DNA of 32,000 nucleotides, from NCBI GenBank assembly GCA_963821285.1, contig CAWGDD010000012.1, forward strand, positions 9,027-41,026, in the 5' to 3' direction. The position numbers and the translations under genes were made by a program. Within the stretch, counting starts at the first letter, position 1, and every line of letters begins with the position of its first letter. This document shows positions 8,399-15,150 of the stretch, piece after piece. The notes beneath the pieces are model-generated. The model was not told the DNA's origin. It did no database searches and was given only the letters and a program-made list of their open reading frames with translations. Origin of the DNA: an uncultured Acidobacteriota bacterium (lineage in GTDB: Bacteria > Acidobacteriota > Vicinamibacteria > Vicinamibacterales > CAVVIG01).

Positions 8399-9004
8399 TT
8401 ACTGGAGGACGAGGGCCGCGCTGGCGCGCCCGAAATTCAGCTTCGTCCCGCCGCCGGGAGAGAGGCTCAGAATATTCAGTTCCTGAAACGAGTTGAAGTG
8501 GCGGATGTCGCCGCGGATGCCGACGTGCTGGCCGAACATCACGAACAAGCCGGCGCCCGCGTCCCACGCGAACGTGTTGTTGCTGAAGGAAACGATCGCA
8601 ATGGGGTTCAGGTTGACGTGGGCTTTCATCAGGCCGACGCCGAACAAGCCGTACGGACGCACCGGGCCAATCTTCGGCGCAATCATGAAGTTGCTCATGA
8701 CCGTGAGGACGTTCGAGTCCGCTCCGGACTCGCTGCTGCCGAAGAAGTCCTTGGCCCACGCGATTTCCTCTTCGAACCCGCCGGCCTTCCCCAACTTGCC
8801 GAACGAGAACCCGATGTTGAGCTTCTTCTGTTCGCAGCCTTTCAGCGTCTGGCAGAGCGAGTCGCCGCTGTAGTCGTAACCGAAGAGCGCGGTGAAAAAC
8901 CCCTGCGCTCGAGCGTCCGTAGCCGTGCACGACAGAAACGCGAGAACGGTCGCACTCAGCGCGCAGAGACGTTTGAGGTGCGCGAGCCTGGTTTTGGTGA
9001 ACAA
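8399..9004 (-). CDS. small outer-membrane beta-barrel protein (OmpW/porin-like), putative
   Basis: 201 aa. TTG start at 9004. Signal peptide ending DARAQG. Glycine/aromatic-rich alternating pattern typical of small beta-barrels. No specific family motif recognised. Confidence 0.5.
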   Translation of the reverse strand: MFTKTRLAHLKRLCALSATVLAFLSCTATDARAQGFFTALFGYDYSGDSLCQTLKGCEQKKLNIGFSFGKLGKAGGFEEEIAWAKDFFGSSESGADSNVLTVMSNFMIAPKIGPVRPYGLFGVGLMKAHVNLNPIAIVSFSNNTFAWDAGAGLFVMFGQHVGIRGDIRHFNSFQELNILSLSPGGGTKLNFGRASAALVLQ

Positions 9005-9022
9005 TTTACGCAGTCTCCTGTA

Positions 9023-9427
9023 TCAATCTTTCGGTTGTCCGGTCTGCGTCAGCACCCGGCCGTCCGCGAGCGTCGCCCGCACGAACATGCCGCCGTTCTC
9101 CCCGCTCCTGAGCGGCCGGACGGCAATCGTCACCTTGTCACCGGGCTTCAGCGTGGTTTTGGTCCAGCCTCGACGCGCCAGGTAGTTCGGGCTCATGCCT
9201 TCGACCGCCCAACTGTCGACGCCGCCCTTCTCGTTCGGCACGTCCACCCAGATCCACGAGTGCGGGTTCGTCCACTCGAACTTGCTCACCGTCCCCGTGA
9301 TGGTCTTTTCCATCGTCAGGTCGAACGGCGCGAAGGAGTGGTGAGCCGTTGCGGTGGTGCCGGCGGCGAGCACGAGGCCGCACAGCGTGAGCACCGGTAC
9401 AATCAGGTATCGGAAGATCGCCCTCAT
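9023..9427 (-). CDS. small exported protein, DUF6152-like
   Basis: Start moved to ATG 9427 (MRAIFRYLIVPVLTLCGLVLAAG, a signal peptide). The mature part begins AHHSFAPFD and contains WTNPHSWIWVDV, which I recall as characteristic of DUF6152. This is memory, not a search. The start lies 4 nt after the upstream gene stop. Confidence 0.6.
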   Translation of the reverse strand: MRAIFRYLIVPVLTLCGLVLAAGTTATAHHSFAPFDLTMEKTITGTVSKFEWTNPHSWIWVDVPNEKGGVDSWAVEGMSPNYLARRGWTKTTLKPGDKVTIAVRPLRSGENGGMFVRATLADGRVLTQTGQPKD

Positions 9428-9431
9428 GGGG

Positions 9432-10214
9432 TTAGTCCTTCTTGCCTGATGCAGACTCAGGCTTCGCAAGGTTGATGCCGGCCTTCCCGCTCGCATCCAC
9501 GGAATTCCTGTTGTTTTCCTCACACACGTACTCGGCAATCGTCCAGTTGCGGTGACGCTTCAGCACCCGGGTCGAGGTGAAGGGCTCCGTCAGCACGTCC
9601 GGATCGACGATCGTGGTTTCGATGGACATCGTGTCAGGATCGGTCAGGCGGAAGCGTTCCCGGATGCGCATCCGGTCGCCGTGCGGAACGCCGCGCTCGA
9701 GCTGCGTCAGCGGCGAAAACCCGACCGTATCGACGACGAGCGCGTCGCCTTCCCATCGCCCGACCGACGTGCCGTGAAACGTGAGGTCCGGATCCTGCGG
9801 GAGCGGACGGCCGTCTGTGTAAATGTGCCGCACCTGCGTGTAGGCCTCGATCACGATCGTCACCTGGCCGGGCGTTAGGAGAAACTCCATCGGATACGGC
9901 TGGCCCATGATCCCCGGCATGCCGGGCGGCAGGCAGTTGGCCGTCTCGCTGTCCTCGGGCGGGTGGGCGTCGAACGCCTGCTTCTTCGCGGCGTACGCGG
10001 GCGTGAGTGAGGGGCCCGCGGGCCCGCGGCCCCGGCCGGGCGCGGCCGGGGCGCTGCCTCGAGGCGGCGGCGCCCCAAACGACAGTTCCCACACGCCGTT
10101 GAAGTCGGGCAGCTTCGCGAGGTTCGACCAGTCCGCCGCCGTCGGCGCCGGGCGCTGCGCGACCACGATGGCGGACATGCCGGCAAGTGCCAGGCAGAAC
10201 AGGAATCGAGTCAT
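9432..10214 (-). CDS. exported protein of unknown function
   Basis: Start moved to ATG 10214 (MTRFLFCLALAGMSAIVVAQ, a signal peptide). 260 aa. C-terminal YVCEENNRN motif. No family recognised. Forms an operon with the two downstream genes. Confidence 0.55.
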   Translation of the reverse strand: MTRFLFCLALAGMSAIVVAQRPAPTAADWSNLAKLPDFNGVWELSFGAPPPRGSAPAAPGRGRGPAGPSLTPAYAAKKQAFDAHPPEDSETANCLPPGMPGIMGQPYPMEFLLTPGQVTIVIEAYTQVRHIYTDGRPLPQDPDLTFHGTSVGRWEGDALVVDTVGFSPLTQLERGVPHGDRMRIRERFRLTDPDTMSIETTIVDPDVLTEPFTSTRVLKRHRNWTIAEYVCEENNRNSVDASGKAGINLAKPESASGKKD

Positions 10215-10243
10215 AGCATCACCACACTGCGATCGTGCCTTAA

Positions 10244-10315
10244 CGAACCACAAGGATCACCAAGGCCACCAAGCAATCGTGAACCCTTTGTGAGCCTCGT
10301 GGTCTTTGTGGTTCG
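10244..10315. repeat. inverted pair of degenerate nonamer arrays (CACCAAGG-type) closed by a perfect 10-bp outer inverted repeat
   Basis: cgaaccacaa (10244-10253) is the exact reverse complement of ttgtggttcg (10306-10315). Inner units are ggatcacca aggccacca versus tgagcctcg tggtctttg. It lies between the cyclase-family stop (10328) and the start of the next minus-strand gene (10214). Confidence 0.85.
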
Positions 10316-10327
10316 TACGTTCGTCCA

Positions 10328-11374
10328 TCAAAACATCGCGAGCGGGTTGACGATCGAGCCGGTGCTGCCCGGCACCTGCAGCGGCGCGACGACAAGCATG
10401 AACTCCCAGCGGTTCAGACGTGCGGCGGCCTCGGCCAGGCCGTCGAGCGCGACGCCGTCGAGCAGATAGGTGCCGAGTGCCACCAGCACGAGCCGGTGAT
10501 CGGCGTGACGATCCTCCGCGATCGCCATCACGTTGCTGGTCACGGCCACCCCGCGCGCCTTCATCCACGGCACCACCGACAGGTCGAACCCGGCGGCGGG
10601 CGCAGGCGGCTGTGCGCCGGCGCTCCTCGGGTTGTAGACGAACAGGGCGTCGCCCGCCGACACCTTCAGACCGGTCTGCATCTCCCAGGCTTCGATGTCT
10701 TCCGTATACACTCGCGTTCCCGCTTCGTTGTTTCCACGCGTTCCCGCTTCATTTCTTCCACGCGTTCCGGCTTGGCCGGAACGCGGATTCTTCAGGCGCG
10801 TCATGTCGATCAGAATCCCGCGCGTGACGATGCCCTCTTTGACGTTGTCGAGTCCGAGCTTCGTGCAGCCGATCTCCTGGCTGACGCTCTCGAGCGGGTA
10901 GCCGTTGTAGAGTTTTCCGCCGGAGCTGTCGTGGCAGAGTGCGTCGAGATGCGTCATCGGCCCGTGGACGTGCGACTCCTGGATGTCGCTGCTGAACCCG
11001 TCGTTGCCGCGGGGATCGCCGGCGGGAAACGTCTTGAAGCGGATGTCGAAGAACGCGACGCCGTGCGGCTTGCCGTCGGCTTTCGTTTCATCCGGCGCCT
11101 TCGACGGCACAATCCGCCGTTCGAGGGACACCACGGTGCCCGTTTTCGCAAGGGCCATCGCCTGACGCCGCTTCTCCGCCGTGATGAGGTTCAGGGCGCC
11201 CAGCTGATCGTCCTTGCCCCAGCGGCCCCAGTTCGACAGCTCGGTCATCCACCGATCGGCCTCGGCCTTCGTGACCGGCGGATGCCCGGGAATCGGGGAC
11301 GCGGGCTGCTGCGCGTGTCCTGCCGTCATTGGCAAGGTCAGTAGCGCCGTGAGAACGATCGCGCGAGGTGTCAT
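10328..11374 (-). CDS. cyclase-family protein (kynurenine formamidase-like fold), exported
   Basis: Start moved to ATG 11374 (AGAGGA upstream). Signal peptide MTPRAIVLTALLTLPMTAGHAQQ. HVHGPMTHLDALCH resembles the HxGTHxDxxxH metal motif of the putative cyclase family (PF04199). It carries an internal 24-nt repeat. Confidence 0.75.
   Translation of the reverse strand: MTPRAIVLTALLTLPMTAGHAQQPASPIPGHPPVTKAEADRWMTELSNWGRWGKDDQLGALNLITAEKRRQAMALAKTGTVVSLERRIVPSKAPDETKADGKPHGVAFFDIRFKTFPAGDPRGNDGFSSDIQESHVHGPMTHLDALCHDSSGGKLYNGYPLESVSQEIGCTKLGLDNVKEGIVTRGILIDMTRLKNPRSGQAGTRGRNEAGTRGNNEAGTRVYTEDIEAWEMQTGLKVSAGDALFVYNPRSAGAQPPAPAAGFDLSVVPWMKARGVAVTSNVMAIAEDRHADHRLVLVALGTYLLDGVALDGLAEAAARLNRWEFMLVVAPLQVPGSTGSIVNPLAMF
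10708..10786. repeat. three copies of a 24-nt unit inside the cyclase-family CDS; the last copy forms a perfect 11-bp hairpin
   Basis: The core cgcgttcc(c/g)gctt recurs at 10713, 10737 and 10761, exactly 24 nt apart. cgcgttccggc (10761-10771) / ttg / gccggaacgcg (10775-10785) is a perfect inverted repeat. The region encodes GQAGTRGRNEAGTRGNNEAGTRV in frame. Confidence 0.9.
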
Positions 11375-11435
11375 GGTTTCATCCTCTGCTCCCTGCCCGC
11401 CCGCTACGATAACATGTCGGATAAGCGCCACCGAC

Positions 11436-11470
11436 GACTGGCGACTGGCGACTGACGACTGACGACTGAT
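11436..11470. repeat. 5 tandem heptamers GACTGRY abutting the aminotransferase start codon
   Basis: Units: gactggc gactggc gactgac gactgac gactgat. The last unit overlaps ATG 11469. Same core and orientation as the arrays at 3377 and 13774. Confidence 0.9.
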
Positions 11471-13772
11471 GAAAATGACCCACGCATATGACGCCGCGAT
11501 GTCGCAGGCTGCGGCCTCGCTCGAACGCATCGACCAGCTGAACCAGCAGTATCGCGCCGGCCTGGTGCACGTGAACGTGCCCGGCGCGCTCGCCGACGCG
11601 GACCGGTCGGTCGACGCGCTGGTCGAACAGCACCTGCCGGCGTCCTGGGCCGCGCTGCAGGCCGCCTCGCGCGGGCTCTTCTTCTCGCTGCCGGTGGCCT
11701 TCAACCCGGCCGAGTCCGTCGGGCCTTACCTCGCCGCCGTCGATCGCGACGCCGCTGGCCAGCCGTACCGCTTCCTCGATATGGGCGCGCTCATCGCCAC
11801 GCAGGCCTTCGGCGAAAACGATCCGGCCATCGTCTCGGCGATCCTCGAGTCGCTGCCGTTCGTGACGACGCGGTACGCGCATTCGGAGTACCAGACCGTC
11901 CTGTCGCTGCGGCTGAAGGCCGAGCTGACGCGCATCGCGCCGGCAGGTACGCCGAGGCACTTCATCGTGAACACGGGCGCCGAGGCCGTCGAGAACGCGA
12001 TCAAGTCCGTCCTCATGAACCGCGTCATGACGTCGCCGGATGGCGACGGCGGCTTCATCGTGTCGTTCGACGGCGCATTCCACGGCCGCACGCTGGGCGC
12101 GCTGGCCGTGACGCACCGGAAGCGGGCACGCCTCGGCTTCCCGACGTTCGACTGGCCGCACGTACCTTTTCCAGTGGAAGCCGCGAAGTCGCCGAAAGAA
12201 ACAGCCCGGCGCGAGGAGCGCACCCTCAAGCAGTTATGGGACCTGCTCGTGTCGGGGCGGCTGCCGCGGGCGGAGAAGAGCAAGGACACTTTCAGGCGAG
12301 AAATGGATGCGATCGACACGTTTCTAGAGGTCCGAGGGGTCCAAGAGGTCCCAGGGGTCCAAGGGGTCCAAGAGGTCCAAGGGGTCCGAGAGGTCCGAGA
12401 GGTCCCGGACGTCCAGGCGTTCGTGCAGGAGCAACGCGCGAACCTGACGCCCGATGTGTTGCGTCGCGCGAAGCGCGTGGCGGCGGTGCTCGTCGAGCCG
12501 ATTCAGGGCGAGGGCGGGGTGCGCATGGCGAGCGCGCGCTTCATGCGGAAGCTGCGGCTGCTGACCCGCATCTACGACGTGCCCCTGGTGTTCGATGAAG
12601 TCCAGACCGGCTGGGGCATGACCGGCCGGCTGTGGGCCCACGAGCTGTTCGACCTGCCGTGTCCGCCTGACGTGGTGACCTGGGCCAAGAAAGCCCAGAA
12701 CGGCGTGCTGTTTGTCAGCGAGGAGCTGGCCACGTTCTTCCAGGAAGAAAAGAAGTTCAACACGACCTGGGAAGGCGACTCGGTCGGGATGGTCAGGCTG
12801 CTGGCGCTGCTCGACAAGCTGAACCTCGAGCAGGTCCGCGAGACCGGCGAGCGCGCGCGGGCCGGCCTCGAAGCGCTGGCGCGCGAGCACCGCGAGATTG
12901 TCAGAAACGTCCGCGGCGCGGGCGTGATGCTGGCCTTCGACGTCATCCGCGCCGACTGGTGCGAGGCCCTGCGCGACCGGGCGTTCCGGCGCGGCCTGAT
13001 CCTCCTAGGCGCGGGCGAGCGCAGCGTGCGCTTCTATCCCCGCTACGACACCGAGCCGTCCGCGATAGACGAGGCGATCGCGATCCTGCGCGCGGCGATC
13101 GACGACCTCTTCACGACGGGCGATCGCACTGCCGCCGCGCCCGCCCCACCGGAGGCGTCAGGGACCGGAGTCAAGACGCGCGTGGGCACGCTGGCCATCC
13201 CGCTCGACACGGTCGAGAACGTGGATCTCACGCCCGCGAACTTCGATGCCTGCAAACGTCAGATTCTCGCTGTCGAGCAGGAACGATACGGGACGGCCCC
13301 GCCGGACGCGGCAGGCGCCACCGAGCCGCACGAACACGGCCCGCGGTCGCCGCTGCAATTCACGATCGACACCCTCGAAGCCACGATGGCCAACCCGCAG
13401 GCGCTTGGTGTGGCGGTGCGCGACCGCGTGTCGGGACGCCTGGTCGCCTACGCGCTCGGCAGCGCGCTCGAGAACCACGACGAAGAAGGCGTCAGCTCGG
13501 ATCCGCACTTCGGCGAGAACAACACGTTCTACCTGCAGGCCGCCGCCACGCTGCCGACCGTCCAGAACGCGTCGGAGATCGAGAACTTCCTGCTGGAATC
13601 CCTGCGCGAACGCGCCCTGGCCGCGGACTTCGAGTACCTGTCCACGTTGATCGAAGAGCGGCTGCTCGAGACGGGACCACCATGGCTTCGTCAGGCGGTG
13701 GTCGTCGAGCGGATCGAAAACTACCTCGGGAGCGGCAGCACGTTCGCGTACCTGCAGGCGGCGCTGAAATAG
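11469..13772 (+). CDS. class-III PLP aminotransferase (L-lysine 6-transaminase-like) fused to a ~230-aa C-terminal domain of unclear function
   Basis: 767 aa. Core motifs GAEAVENAIK, VLVEPIQGEGG and FDEVQTGWGMTGRLWAHE...VTWAKKAQNG resemble Lat-type class-III transaminases. Residues after ~550 (…RLVAYALGSALENHDEEG…FYLQAAATLP…) are extra; a GNAT-like fold is only a guess. An alternative start is ATG 11475. Confidence 0.8.
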   Translation: MKMTHAYDAAMSQAAASLERIDQLNQQYRAGLVHVNVPGALADADRSVDALVEQHLPASWAALQAASRGLFFSLPVAFNPAESVGPYLAAVDRDAAGQPYRFLDMGALIATQAFGENDPAIVSAILESLPFVTTRYAHSEYQTVLSLRLKAELTRIAPAGTPRHFIVNTGAEAVENAIKSVLMNRVMTSPDGDGGFIVSFDGAFHGRTLGALAVTHRKRARLGFPTFDWPHVPFPVEAAKSPKETARREERTLKQLWDLLVSGRLPRAEKSKDTFRREMDAIDTFLEVRGVQEVPGVQGVQEVQGVREVREVPDVQAFVQEQRANLTPDVLRRAKRVAAVLVEPIQGEGGVRMASARFMRKLRLLTRIYDVPLVFDEVQTGWGMTGRLWAHELFDLPCPPDVVTWAKKAQNGVLFVSEELATFFQEEKKFNTTWEGDSVGMVRLLALLDKLNLEQVRETGERARAGLEALAREHREIVRNVRGAGVMLAFDVIRADWCEALRDRAFRRGLILLGAGERSVRFYPRYDTEPSAIDEAIAILRAAIDDLFTTGDRTAAAPAPPEASGTGVKTRVGTLAIPLDTVENVDLTPANFDACKRQILAVEQERYGTAPPDAAGATEPHEHGPRSPLQFTIDTLEATMANPQALGVAVRDRVSGRLVAYALGSALENHDEEGVSSDPHFGENNTFYLQAAATLPTVQNASEIENFLLESLRERALAADFEYLSTLIEERLLETGPPWLRQAVVVERIENYLGSGSTFAYLQAALK
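12329..12418. repeat. 10 tandem nonamers GGTCCNRGR inside the aminotransferase CDS, in frame (30 codons)
   Basis: Units: ggtccgagg ggtccaaga ggtcccagg ggtccaagg ggtccaaga ggtccaagg ggtccgaga ggtccgaga ggtcccgga cgtccaggc. Translated as VRGVQEVPGVQGVQEVQGVREVREVPDVQA. Confidence 0.95.
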
Positions 13773-13773
13773 C

Positions 13774-13808
13774 GACTGCCGACTGCTGACTGCTGACTGC
13801 TGACTGAC
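13774..13808. repeat. 5 tandem heptamers GACTGYY immediately after the aminotransferase stop
   Basis: Units: gactgcc gactgct gactgct gactgct gactgac. The array starts 2 nt after TAG 13770-13772. Confidence 0.9.
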
Positions 13809-13907
13809 ACGTTGCGCCCGTGACCACGGACGCCCGTTGGAAACCGTGGCCACGAGAGCACGTTGCTCCCGTGACCAACTTGAGCACCTTGAAAACGGTG
13901 ACGCCCG

Positions 13908-14243
13908 TTAGAAGTCGATCGTCGCGTTGAACCGCAGGAACCGCACGTTCAGGATCGCGGTCGGACGCAGCCACGCTGACCCGTCCGCTCCATACGCCTG
14001 GTTGAACGTGGTCCCCGTGTTCGCGTTGAACAGGTTGTAGAGATCGATTCCGACGTTGCTGCGGGTTCTCCCGAACTTGAGGATCTTCGAGAACCGCATG
14101 TCGACGGTGTTGAGCCGGTCGGGGTAGATGTCGCCCTGCTTGCTCAGGTTGACAGTGATGTTCTGTCCGTTGCCCGCCAGCGGACGGCCGGCGGCGGCAA
14201 TCACCTGGGCGTTGGTCATGACGTTCAGTCCGTCAGTGTTCAT
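13908..14243 (-). pseudogene. 3' remnant (~105 codons) of a TonB-dependent receptor / outer-membrane beta-barrel gene
   Basis: The translation ends ...DMRFSKILKFGRTRSNVGIDLYNLFNANTGTTFNQAYG...ILNVRFLRFNATIDF, with the terminal-Phe beta-barrel signature typical of roughly 1000-aa TonB-dependent receptors. An in-frame TGA lies 6 codons upstream of the first Met. An AT-rich junction and an opposite-strand gene follow immediately. Confidence 0.6.
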
Positions 14244-14277
14244 TTTAGCTAAAAATAAGTTTCATGAGAGTAAACAG

Positions 14278-15138
14278 TTGACCATAGCCACCTCGACCGC
14301 CGATTTCCCGGCCCGCCGCCTGGCATTCCGGGCACTGCACGAGCACGGCTGCTTCGTCATCCCGAACCCGTGGGACCCGGGGTCGGCTCGCTACCTTCAG
14401 CACCTCGGATTTCAGGCGCTTGCCACGACGAGCGCCGGATTCGCGTTCTCTCGAGGCCTGCCCGATTCGTCCCGCGCGGTGAGGGTGGACGCGGTTCTCG
14501 GCCACATCGCGGACGTCGTCAGCGCGGTTGATCTGCCGATCAACGCGGACTTCGAGTCCGGCTACGCGGACGATCCGGACGGCGTCGCCGCCAGCGTTCG
14601 CCGGTGTGTCGCAACGGGCGTGGCGGGGCTCTCGATCGAAGACGCGACGGGCGATCGCGCACGGCCGCTCTACGATCTGCCTCGGGCGGTCGAGCGGCTC
14701 GAGGCCGCGCGCGCCGCGATTGACGAGTCCGGAGCCGGCGTGCTGCTGACGGCAAGGGCCGAGTGCTTCCTGGTGGGCCATGAGGACCCACTGCGGGAAT
14801 CGATCCGCCGGCTCGCGGCGTACGCCCAGGCCGGCGCCGACGTCCTGTTCGCGCCGGGCATCTACCAGCGCGACGACATCAGGGCGCTCACGGGCGCACT
14901 CGCGCCGAAGCCGGTCAACGTCCTCGTCGGCCGGAACATCGGGCTGACCGTGGCCGATCTGGCCGCGCTCGGCGTCCGCCGCATCAGCGTCGGCTCGGCG
15001 CTCGCACGGGCCGCGTGGACGCGGTTCATCGAAGCCGCCAAGGACATCGCCGCCGAAGGCCGGTTCACGAGCCTTGATGGTCTGACGCCGTTTGCGGATC
15101 TGAACGGCTTCTTCAAGGGGCTGGCAGACCGGGATTAA
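14278..15138 (+). CDS. isocitrate lyase / PEP mutase superfamily enzyme (2-methylisocitrate lyase or carboxyvinyl-carboxyphosphonate phosphorylmutase-like)
   Basis: FVIPNPWDPGSARYL, LATTSAGFAF, INADFESGY and GLSIEDA are typical of the ICL/PEPM superfamily. The track ORF start (14128) overlaps the receptor remnant. The only plausible in-frame start after the AT-rich junction is TTG 14278, so the start is uncertain. Confidence 0.75.
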   Translation: MTIATSTADFPARRLAFRALHEHGCFVIPNPWDPGSARYLQHLGFQALATTSAGFAFSRGLPDSSRAVRVDAVLGHIADVVSAVDLPINADFESGYADDPDGVAASVRRCVATGVAGLSIEDATGDRARPLYDLPRAVERLEAARAAIDESGAGVLLTARAECFLVGHEDPLRESIRRLAAYAQAGADVLFAPGIYQRDDIRALTGALAPKPVNVLVGRNIGLTVADLAALGVRRISVGSALARAAWTRFIEAAKDIAAEGRFTSLDGLTPFADLNGFFKGLADRD

Positions 15139-15150
15139 GGGCTGCCGCCT

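Noticed and set aside
12236-12598. ORF 12236..12598(+) with a collagen-like GPRGPRGPRG repeat
   Set aside because: It is an alternative-frame reading of the nonamer array inside the well-supported aminotransferase CDS.
14264-14281. ATG 14264 as the start of the PEP-mutase-family gene
   Set aside because: It is out of frame with the conserved protein and hits TGA after five codons (atg aga gta aac agt tga).
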